A DNA stretch of 38,008 nucleotides from Gammaproteobacteria bacterium (GTDB lineage: Bacteria; Pseudomonadota; Gammaproteobacteria; Pseudomonadales; M0112). The notes below the pieces were generated by a model. That model worked only from the letters and a program-made list of their open reading frames with translations, made no database searches and was not told where the DNA came from. The stretch lies in the NCBI GenBank assembly GCA_006227085.1, contig SBFY01000117.1, positions 1-38,008 of the forward strand, read 5' to 3'. Positions within the stretch are counted from its first letter, which is position 1, and every line of letters begins with the position of its first letter. Shown piece by piece: positions 28,068 through 38,008 of this stretch. The position numbers and the translations under genes were made by a program.

Positions 28068-29689
28068 GGCTGTGCCTCCCGGTAATGGATCTCGCGTGTC
28101 ATGCCGGCCATCATGTGGTACAGGTTATGGCAATGGAAAAACCATTTGCCGCTTTCCTGGGCAATCACGCGTGCCGTGATGGTTTGCATGGGCGGCACAT
28201 CAATGGTGTGTTTGCGCGGGCTGAAGGCCCCTTGGCCGTTTTCCAGTACAAACCAGTGGCCATGGATGTGGATCGGGTGGTGCATCATGGTGGTGTTGTT
28301 CAGGACAAAGCGGTATTCCTTGCCTTTCACGAACTCGATGGGTTGTGCATCCTGGAAACGGATGTCATTGAACGACCAGATATACCGTTCCATATTGCCG
28401 GTCAGGTTGAGGGTGATGGTCTCCAACGGATTGCCTGGTTCATGGGTTTTGTCCACTGAACGCAGTTGTGCATAGTCGAGCTGGCCGTTGTGTGTCAGGG
28501 GAGTTGGGCTTTCCGGCATGCTGTGGCTCATGGCATGGTGATCGTGATGACTCATGTCATGTACGGTCTTGGCCTGCCCATTCTTTGCGTTGTCGCTTGC
28601 TGTGTTGCCATGATTGCCGTGATCCGGGCTGCCGGGGATGAACATGGGGTCAGCAAACGGCGGGATATCGGCCAGCGCTACGGTGTATCCAACGGATGGC
28701 GATAACACGCCGATGGCAGCTCCGGAACGGTCGAGTGCTTCGGCATACAGCGCTACGGGATGCTGCGGTGCGGTAAACACGATGTCATAGGTTTCCGCCA
28801 TGCCCATCAGCAAGCGTTTGGCCGTGATGGGCTCCACATCCTGCCCGTCAGCAGATATGACCATGAAGTCATCCATGCCATGCAGTTTGATGTTGAAGTA
28901 GGTGCTGGCACCGCCATTGATGATGCGCACGCGCACGCGTTCACCCGCTTTCACTGTGCTGTGGAAAGGGTGTTGGGGTGGTGTGCCATTGAGCAGGAAG
29001 CTGTCGTAGGCGACATCGGCCCAATCCCAGTTACCCATGCGCATGGTTTGCATGGCCTTGCCTTGCTTGAGGATTTCTTCCTGCATGGCCTTGTCCTCAT
29101 CGGCATCGCGCCAGGCGCGGGTAAAGAACTGCCAGTTTGGTCGCCATGACTTGTAGTAATCGCCATCTTTTTTCAGGTTGCGGTAAATGGTGTCAGGATG
29201 GGTGTTGCTCCAGTCGGACAGCAGGATGGTGATATCGCGATCCGTTTTGCTGTGTTGCTTGGTTAGGTGCTCTTGGGCCGGTTCAACGATGAACGCACCA
29301 TAAAGCCCTTGCTGCTCATGCAATTTACTGTGGGCGTGGTACCAGTAGGTGCCGGATTGGCGCAACGGGAAGCGGTAGGTGAAGGATTCGCCGGGCGCAA
29401 TGGGGGGCATGGAGACCCATGGCACGCCATCCATCTGCCATGGCACCAACAAGCCGTGCCAATGGATCGCTCCCGGCTCTTCCAGCGCGTTATGCACTAC
29501 AATCTCAACAGTGTCGCCTTCCCGGAAACGCAGTTCCGGGCCGGGAATCTGGCCGTTGACGGTAATGGCCTGCACGGGTTTGCCTGCCAATGCGACACGA
29601 TGGTATTGCATGGTCAATTCCACCCGCTGGGTGGCAGCCCATAATGGCGTGGTCAGGCAGCACAGGACCAGGATCAGTAAACGTTTCAT
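28064..29689 (-). CDS. copA: Copper resistance multicopper oxidase CopA/PcoA.
   Basis: All four copper-ligand blocks are present: IHWHGL, WYHAHS, HPIHIHGH and HCHNLYHMMAGM. There is a His/Met-rich insert (PDHGNHGN...HDMSHHDHHAMSHSMP). The N-terminus is a Sec-type signal (MKRLLILVLCCLTTPLWA) with no RR motif. Confidence 0.9.
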   Translation of the reverse strand: MKRLLILVLCCLTTPLWAATQRVELTMQYHRVALAGKPVQAITVNGQIPGPELRFREGDTVEIVVHNALEEPGAIHWHGLLVPWQMDGVPWVSMPPIAPGESFTYRFPLRQSGTYWYHAHSKLHEQQGLYGAFIVEPAQEHLTKQHSKTDRDITILLSDWSNTHPDTIYRNLKKDGDYYKSWRPNWQFFTRAWRDADEDKAMQEEILKQGKAMQTMRMGNWDWADVAYDSFLLNGTPPQHPFHSTVKAGERVRVRIINGGASTYFNIKLHGMDDFMVISADGQDVEPITAKRLLMGMAETYDIVFTAPQHPVALYAEALDRSGAAIGVLSPSVGYTVALADIPPFADPMFIPGSPDHGNHGNTASDNAKNGQAKTVHDMSHHDHHAMSHSMPESPTPLTHNGQLDYAQLRSVDKTHEPGNPLETITLNLTGNMERYIWSFNDIRFQDAQPIEFVKGKEYRFVLNNTTMMHHPIHIHGHWFVLENGQGAFSPRKHTIDVPPMQTITARVIAQESGKWFFHCHNLYHMMAGMTREIHYREAQP

Positions 29690-29767
29690 GACAGTATGAC
29701 CAAGGGGGACATCATGGCGTTATGGTTGGAAGCTTCATTCTATCGAAAAGTTCCATGGCACCGGAAA

Positions 29768-30019
29768 ATGCCGTACTTGCTATTGCTGGTGCTGACGGCG
29801 TGTGCCAGCCCTGATGGCACTGGTATGGCCGAGCGTTGCCAGCAGCAGGGTGGCCAGTGGGTGGCGGCCCATCAGGAATGCCTTGAAGTGACGGCTGACG
29901 CGTGTACAGGCATGGGTGGCCAGTACCAGGAATGCGCATCGCCGTGCCGGCACCAGCCGGATGCGCAGATGTGCATCCTGCGTTGTGATGTGGTTTGCGC
30001 CTTCGACCAGCCGGAATGA
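29768..30019 (+). CDS. Small Cys-rich lipoprotein (hypothetical).
   Basis: MPYLLLLVLTAC contains a lipobox and is followed by 9 further Cys in about 70 aa (C..GG.W.....EC.......C.G.GG...EC.SPC........C...C..VC). GC3 bias rises sharply only from 29768. The upstream in-frame ATG at 29714 has a GGGGA RBS but AT-rich third positions, so the start is uncertain. Confidence 0.55.
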   Translation: MPYLLLLVLTACASPDGTGMAERCQQQGGQWVAAHQECLEVTADACTGMGGQYQECASPCRHQPDAQMCILRCDVVCAFDQPE

Positions 30020-30044
30020 AACGATTTGACGGGTCATATACGGC

Positions 30045-30270
30045 TTGCCTATGATGGCGCCGCTTTGGCTTCAGGTGCCTGTTGATCCATTCCGGATTGG
30101 CAGGTGAAACGGGAAGCCGGTGCGCCAGGCCTTCGGTCCTGGTTATCCCGGCACTGCCCCCGCAACGGTAAATGAGTCAATGCTGGCTTTTTGCCACTGT
30201 GCATTCGCATGGGAAGGCGCCAGTATCGCAGTGCGAACTCATGAGTCCGGAGACCGGCCTGCTGCCAGCT
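30045..30270 (+). promoter_or_regulatory. Cobalamin (adenosylcobalamin/B12) riboswitch aptamer, RF00174-type. Boundaries are approximate.
   Basis: The conserved core elements appear in order: GGTGAAACGGGAAGCCGGTG, CCCGGCACTGCCCCCGCAACGGTAAA, the B12-box region GCCACTG...GGGAAGGC, and AGTCCGGAGACCGGCC. It lies directly upstream of a TonB-dependent receptor gene, as in the E. coli btuB leader. Confidence 0.85.
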
Positions 30271-30379
30271 GCAAATGCCACGGGGGGTGGCATCGTTCGC
30301 GGTATTCATGCCTTGTGACGACCTCCTGCGTGGTGAACCCAACCTGGATGCGCTCGGGTGAGAGCGCAGGAGCATGCAT

Positions 30380-32221
30380 ATGATTTCCCTTCGTTCATGG
30401 CTGGCGGTCTCGCTGGCTTGCTTGTCTTTATCCCTGCAGGCGGCTGATGCGCCTGCCAAGATGGAAACCACGCTGGTCACGGCCACGCGTACCCCGGTAG
30501 CCATGTCATCGGTGCTGCAGCCGGTCACTGTCATCACGGCAGATGATATCCAGCGGCTGCAGGCTGTCTCGTTGATGGATGTGTTGCGTGGTAATGCCGG
30601 TGTGACCGTGGTGAACAATGGTGGTCCCGGCAAGAACACATCAGTATTCCTGCGTGGCATGGAAGCGGACCAGCTGCTGGTGCTGGTCGATGGTGTGAAA
30701 ATGGGCTCGGCCACGGTAGGTGGTGCGGCGTTCCAGGATATCCCGGTGGAATTGATTGATCGCATCGAGATTGTGCGCGGCCCACGCTCTGGGCTGTATG
30801 GCTCTGAGGCCATGGGTGGTGTGATCCAGGTCTTTACCAAGCAAGGTGGTGAAGGCGTGAAGCCCTCCTTCTCGGTGACCGCCGGAACACACGACACCAC
30901 GCGCGTGCATGCTGGTGTGTCCGGCGGTGATGGCAAGCTTTGGTACAACGCCAATGCCGGCTATGAGAACACGGGTGGCTTCAACAGTTGCCGTTTGAAT
31001 ACCACCGGCAGTTTTACCTGCATGCCCGGTGAATATGAACCGGATGATGACGGGTATCGCAACGTTTCCGGCTCGTTTGCCATGGGTTATCGCATCGATG
31101 AGAAAACCGATGTTGCCGTGAACTGGTTGCGCACCGAAGGTGATAACGAATACGACGGTTCTTACGCCAATGAAAGCGAAACCAGCCAAACGGTGTATGG
31201 TGCCAAGGTGCGATTTGCGCCGGCGGATTTCTGGCAGGTGAGCGTGTCCGGTGGTTATAACGAAGATGCGTCGGACGATTTCTGGAATGGCCTGTTTGTG
31301 TCGCGTTTTGTGACCGAACGGCAAACCGGTGCCTGGCAGAATGATTTCCAGCTGGCGAAGGATCACCTGTTGACCATCGGTGGTGATTACCAGAATGACC
31401 GGGTGGACAGCAATACGCCGTTTGCGGTCGACTCACGCAAGAACACGGCCGGTTTTATCCAGTACCAGGGTGGGCTGTCATTCGTTGATGTGCAGGCATC
31501 CCTGCGGCAGGACGACAACGAGCAGTTCGGTCATCATGACACCGGTTCGTTCGCGTTGGGCTTTGGCCTGGCTGAAGGCTTGCGGTTGGTGACCTCATAC
31601 GGCACAGCGTTCAAGGCGCCAACATTCAACGAGTTGTATTACCCGTTTTTTGGTAACCCGAACCTGAAGCCGGAAGATTCGGAGAGCGTTGAAATCTCAT
31701 TGAAAGGTGAGGAGGCCTGGGGGCACTGGGAAGCCAATGTGTTCCAGACCGATATCGATGACCTGATTGCCTACGACAGCACGATTTTCTTGCCGAACAA
31801 TATTGATGAAGCACGTATTCGTGGTGTGGAAGGCGTGATCGGCTTCCAGTATGACGGTTGGTTTATCAATACGGCCCTGACCTTGCTGGAGCCGGAAATC
31901 GGCAGCGGTGTTAATGAAGGCAATACCTTGCCGCGCCGGGCCGAGCAAAGCCTGCGTGTCGATGTCGACAAGGATTTCGGGCGCTGGAGCCTGGGTGGAT
32001 CGGTGGTGGGCGAGCGTCACCGTTGGGATGACCTGGCCAATACCCGTGACCTGGGTGGCTATGCCACGGTGGACCTGCGCGCCGAATATGCCTTGTCGGA
32101 CGACTGGCGTGTGCAAGTGCGTGCCGAAAACCTGTTCAACAAGGAATATGAAACGGCGGAGTTCTATCCGCAGCCGGGGCAGGCGTTTTACCTGACCGTG
32201 CGTTACCAGCCGGGACGCTGA
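30380..32221 (+). CDS. btuB: TonB-dependent vitamin B12 outer-membrane receptor.
   Basis: A signal peptide, TonB box ETTLVTATR, a plug domain (IEIVRGPRSGLYGSEAMGGVIQVFT) and a 22-strand-barrel-length protein. It is preceded by a B12 riboswitch. ATG 30380 lies 7 nt after AGGAG. ATG 30374 is in-frame but too close to the SD. Confidence 0.9.
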   Translation: MISLRSWLAVSLACLSLSLQAADAPAKMETTLVTATRTPVAMSSVLQPVTVITADDIQRLQAVSLMDVLRGNAGVTVVNNGGPGKNTSVFLRGMEADQLLVLVDGVKMGSATVGGAAFQDIPVELIDRIEIVRGPRSGLYGSEAMGGVIQVFTKQGGEGVKPSFSVTAGTHDTTRVHAGVSGGDGKLWYNANAGYENTGGFNSCRLNTTGSFTCMPGEYEPDDDGYRNVSGSFAMGYRIDEKTDVAVNWLRTEGDNEYDGSYANESETSQTVYGAKVRFAPADFWQVSVSGGYNEDASDDFWNGLFVSRFVTERQTGAWQNDFQLAKDHLLTIGGDYQNDRVDSNTPFAVDSRKNTAGFIQYQGGLSFVDVQASLRQDDNEQFGHHDTGSFALGFGLAEGLRLVTSYGTAFKAPTFNELYYPFFGNPNLKPEDSESVEISLKGEEAWGHWEANVFQTDIDDLIAYDSTIFLPNNIDEARIRGVEGVIGFQYDGWFINTALTLLEPEIGSGVNEGNTLPRRAEQSLRVDVDKDFGRWSLGGSVVGERHRWDDLANTRDLGGYATVDLRAEYALSDDWRVQVRAENLFNKEYETAEFYPQPGQAFYLTVRYQPGR

Positions 32222-32251
32222 TCCCGCTGTCTCATCGTAAAGGTGGGCGTA

Positions 32252-32274
32252 TCGGGCAGCCAGTGGCTGCCCGA
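32252..32274 (+). terminator. Possible btuB terminator hairpin with a weak U-tract.
   Basis: A perfect 10-bp stem TCGGGCAGCC-agt-GGCTGCCCGA sits 30 nt after the btuB stop. It is followed by atgcttt rather than a clean T-run. Confidence 0.35.
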
Positions 32275-32308
32275 ATGCTTTGGGGATGTCGTGGTGGCCT
32301 GTTTTGGC

Positions 32309-32337
32309 TGGAGGCAGGGAGCGGCATCGGTTAGAAT
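32309..32337 (+). promoter_or_regulatory. Putative prfB promoter: good -10, weak -35, GC-rich discriminator.
   Basis: TAGAAT at 32332-32337 is followed by GGCCGCC, 31 nt before the prfB ATG. The 15-mer GTTAGAATGGCCGCC matches the ffh promoter region in 14 of 15 positions. Confidence 0.35.
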
Positions 32338-32368
32338 GGCCGCCGTTTTTCACTGTCCGGCCGCTGTC

Positions 32369-33464
32369 ATGGAAATCAACCCGCTGATCAATGCCCTCGA
32401 AGACCTGCGTGAGCGTACGGAAGTGCTCAGGGGGTATCTTTGACTATGCCAATCGCAAGGACCGGCTCGCCGAAGTAGAGCTGGAGCTGGCCGAGCCGGG
32501 GGTATGGGAAGACCCCGAACGCGCCCAGGCGCTCGGCAAGGAGCGTTCGGCACTGGAGGCCGTGGTCAAGACGATCGATGAGCTGGACCAGGGCATCACC
32601 GATAACGGTGACCTGCTGGAGATGGCGCGCGAGGAAAATGACGAAGACACGCTGAAGGCGATTGACAGCGATATCGCCAAGCTGGAGTCGAGTCTCGCCA
32701 CACTGGAATTCCGCCGCATGTTCTCTGGCGAGATGGATGCCAATAACGCGTTCCTCGATATCCAGTCCGGTTCGGGTGGTACCGAGGCGCAGGACTGGGC
32801 GGAAATGCTGCTGCGCATGTACCTGCGCTGGGGTGAGGATCACGGTTTCAAGACGGAATTGCTGGAAGCCTCGGCCGGTGAAGTGGCTGGCATCAAGAGT
32901 GCCACGGTGCGCTTTGAAGGTGAATATGCCTATGGCTGGCTGCGCACGGAAACGGGCGTGCACCGGCTGGTGCGCAAATCACCGTTTGATTCCGGTAATC
33001 GCCGTCATACCTCGTTTTCGGCCGTGTTTGTCTCGCCGGAAGTGGATGACGACATCGAAATCGAAATCAATCCGGCCGATGTGCGCACTGACACCTACCG
33101 GGCGTCAGGCGCCGGTGGCCAGCACGTCAACAAAACCGATTCAGCTGTGCGCCTGACGCACATCCCGACCAATACCGTGGTGTCGTGCCAGACGGAACGT
33201 TCCCAGCACCAGAACCGTGATCGGGCCTGGAAAATGCTGCGTGCCAAGTTGTATGAACTGGAAATGCAGAAGCGCCGTTCCGAGCAGCAGAAGCTGGAAG
33301 ACAGCAAGTCGGATATTGGCTGGGGCAGCCAGATCCGCTCGTATGTACTGGATGATGCGCGCATCAAGGATTTACGCACCGGCGTGGAAACCCGCAACAC
33401 CCAGGCTGTCCTCGATGGCAAACTGGATCCGTTTATTGAAGCGTCCCTGAAGCAGGGCTTGTAA
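32369..33464 (+). CDS. prfB: Peptide chain release factor 2, expressed through a programmed +1 ribosomal frameshift. The coding sequence is join(32369..32440, 32442..33464).
   Basis: Frame 0, [24 protein letters not shown], ends at an in-frame TGA (32441-32443). The canonical site AGGGGG TAT CTT TGA C spans 32429-32444. The +1 frame continues [13 protein letters not shown]... and carries SPF (stop recognition) and GGQ motifs. Confidence 0.95.
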
Positions 33465-33475
33465 GGTCGAGAGTC

Positions 33476-34981
33476 ATGTCTGAACAACACAATGAGAACC
33501 ACCTGATTGCCGAGCGTCGCCAGAAGTTGGCGCAATTACGCCAGCAAGGTGTGGCATTCCCGAACCAGTACCGCCGCGATAGCCTGGCGCAAGCCTTGCA
33601 GGCAGAACTGGGTGACAAGGAAAAGGCGGAGCTGGAACAGCTGGATCGCCAGGCTGCAGTGGCGGGGCGCATCATGGCGCGCCGTGGCCCGTTCCTGGTG
33701 CTGCAGGATGCCAGCGGTCGTATCCAGCTGTATGCCGACAAGGATTTGCCGGAAGCGGTGCTGGCTGGCATCAAGGGTTGGGATATCGGCGATATCGTCT
33801 GGGTGAAGGGGCCCGTGCACAAATCCGGTAAGGGCGATTTGTATGTCTATATCCGCGAAGCCCATCTGTTGACCAAATCCCTGCGCCCGTTACCGGATAA
33901 ATGGCATGGCCTGACCGATACCGAAACCCGTTACCGCCAGCGTTATGTGGATCTCATCATGAACGACGAGGCGCGGCGCGTGTTCCGTACCCGTTCGATC
34001 GTTATCGACGCCATCCGTGATTACCTGACCGATCGTGATTTCCTGGAAGTGGAGACGCCCATGCTGCACCCGATTCCGGGTGGTGCTGCCGCGCGTCCGT
34101 TTGTCACGCACCACAATGCGCTCGACCTGGAAATGTTCCTGCGTATCGCACCGGAGCTGTACCTGAAGCGGTTGGTGGTGGGTGGCTTTGAACGCGTGTT
34201 TGAAATCAACCGCAATTTCCGTAACGAAGGCCTGTCAACGCGCCATAATCCTGAATTCACCATGATCGAGTTCTACCAGGCCTATGCCGATTACCGTGAT
34301 CTCATGGATACCACGGAAGACATGTTGCGTTATGTGACCCAGCGTGCCTTGGGGACCACGCAATTTGTGAATACCCATCGTGACATGCATGGCGAAGTCA
34401 CACGCACGGTGCATTACGATTTTGCGCAGCCTTTTGCCCGTATGAGCGTGTTTGATTCGGTGTTGCACTTCAATCCGGAGATCACGGCGGAGCAGTTGTC
34501 AGACATGGCTTCAGCGACGGCGATCGCGAAAAAACTCGGCATTGATGTGAAGCCGGGTTGGGGGCTGGGCAAGGTGCAGACCATGATCTTTGAGGAAACG
34601 GTTGAGCATCGACTGGAGCAGCCGACATTCATCACCGAATACCCGACAGAAGTGTCACCGTTGGCACGTCGTAATGATGACAATCCGGCCGTCACCGACC
34701 GGTTCGAGTTTTTTGTCGGTGGCCGTGAGTTGGCTAACGGTTTCTCCGAGTTGAATGATGCCGAGGATCAGGCCGAACGTTTCCGCAAGCAGGTGGAAGA
34801 AAAAGAAGCGGGTGATGACGAAGCCATGCATTTTGATGCCGACTATGTCACCGCGCTGGAATATGGTTTGCCGCCCACTGCCGGCGAAGGCATTGGTATC
34901 GACCGATTGGTGATGCTGTTGACCGATTCGGCTTCCATCCGTGATGTGTTGCTGTTCCCGCATATGCGACCGCTGGGTTAA
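33476..34981 (+). CDS. lysS: Lysine--tRNA ligase, class II.
   Basis: N-terminus [20 protein letters not shown]. Class II motifs are present ([37 protein letters not shown]). It lies immediately downstream of prfB, as in E. coli. Confidence 0.97.
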   Translation: MSEQHNENHLIAERRQKLAQLRQQGVAFPNQYRRDSLAQALQAELGDKEKAELEQLDRQAAVAGRIMARRGPFLVLQDASGRIQLYADKDLPEAVLAGIKGWDIGDIVWVKGPVHKSGKGDLYVYIREAHLLTKSLRPLPDKWHGLTDTETRYRQRYVDLIMNDEARRVFRTRSIVIDAIRDYLTDRDFLEVETPMLHPIPGGAAARPFVTHHNALDLEMFLRIAPELYLKRLVVGGFERVFEINRNFRNEGLSTRHNPEFTMIEFYQAYADYRDLMDTTEDMLRYVTQRALGTTQFVNTHRDMHGEVTRTVHYDFAQPFARMSVFDSVLHFNPEITAEQLSDMASATAIAKKLGIDVKPGWGLGKVQTMIFEETVEHRLEQPTFITEYPTEVSPLARRNDDNPAVTDRFEFFVGGRELANGFSELNDAEDQAERFRKQVEEKEAGDDEAMHFDADYVTALEYGLPPTAGEGIGIDRLVMLLTDSASIRDVLLFPHMRPLG

Positions 34982-34991
34982 TGGTGCGCAT

Positions 34992-35020
34992 AAAAAAGCC
35001 GGCATTTGCCGGCTTTTTTA
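34992..35020. terminator. Bidirectional rho-independent terminator shared by the convergent lysS and the sirB2-like gene.
   Basis: aaaaaa-GCCGGC-attt-GCCGGC-tttttt, located between stop codons at 34981 (+) and 35032 (-). Confidence 0.8.
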
Positions 35021-35031
35021 TGCCTGTCTTG

Positions 35032-35409
35032 TCACAGGAAAAATAATGGCAGGTGAGTCCTGGCGACCCCGGCGATATACACAAACGTTGCAATCGCCAG
35101 CAACCAGGCCGCGATACGCACCGGTTTGCTTTTGCCGAAACGCAATGCGACCAGTCCCAGTCCGATGTACACCAGCAGGCCGATGACTTTTGCCGTCAGC
35201 CAGTCGGTGGTAAACGGGTATTGCTGGATGCTGATGGCCAGGTAGGCGGCACTGCACAGCAGGATGGTGTCGTTCACATGCGGCAGGATCTTGACCAGTT
35301 TGTGTTTCATCCAGCCGGCATCATTGATCATGCCAATGCCACGAATGATGAAACCCACGATGGAAATGACGGCAGTCAACATGTGCAGGTGTTTGATGGC
35401 GATATACAT
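35032..35409 (-). CDS. SirB2 (YchQ) family inner membrane protein.
   Basis: A 125 aa protein with 4 TM helices. IKHLHMLTAVISIVGFIIRG...KILPHVNDTILL......YPFTTDWLTAKVIGLLVYIGLG resembles E. coli YchQ as I recall it. The start lies 3 nt after the xseA stop. Confidence 0.72.
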   Translation of the reverse strand: MYIAIKHLHMLTAVISIVGFIIRGIGMINDAGWMKHKLVKILPHVNDTILLCSAAYLAISIQQYPFTTDWLTAKVIGLLVYIGLGLVALRFGKSKPVRIAAWLLAIATFVYIAGVARTHLPLFFL

Positions 35410-35412
35410 GGT

Positions 35413-38008
<2,596 letters not shown>

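Noticed and set aside
30120-30383. ORF 30120..30383(+), 87 aa, lying between the Cys-rich lipoprotein gene and btuB.
   Set aside because: It coincides with the cobalamin riboswitch and its expression platform. It has no RBS and an odd composition. The RNA-element explanation accounts for the conservation-type motifs.

Overview
This 38 kb window is a chromosomal, mostly housekeeping segment of a moderately GC-rich proteobacterium. Synteny suggests a gammaproteobacterium; no taxon can be proven from this window.

The backbone is highly conserved:
- queA-tgt
- ypjD/corC-family genes divergent from ffh
- the rpsP-rimM-trmD-rplS ribosomal operon
- xerD-dsbC-(aminotransferase-hom-thrC)-recJ
- prfB (with its programmed +1 frameshift)-lysS
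- xseA divergent from guaB (3' truncated by the window end)

RNA and regulatory elements I can support:
- a tRNA-Leu(CAA)
- a cobalamin riboswitch in front of btuB
- several clear rho-independent terminators
- a few sigma70-like promoters

I see no CRISPR array, transposase, phage integrase, toxin-antitoxin pair or recognisable defence system.

Two stretches look accessory or poorly understood.
1. Bases 1-8.6 kb hold two KstD/fumarate-reductase-family flavoproteins (one Tat-exported), a DUF4156 lipoprotein, and a DUF1631-PilZ pair behind a perfect CRP-type operator array. They also hold an EXPERA (TMEM97/EBP-like) membrane protein translationally coupled to a small 4-Cys secreted protein.
2. 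Bases 25.4-32.3 kb lie between recJ and prfB, which are adjacent in E. coli. This stretch holds a lipoprotein / MenA-like prenyltransferase / DUF1499 operon, a minimal copA-copB copper module, a Cys-rich lipoprotein and riboswitch-controlled btuB.

The EXPERA module and the prenyltransferase operon are my best candidates for undescribed biology. Both are inferences from motif and neighbourhood reading, not demonstrated systems.
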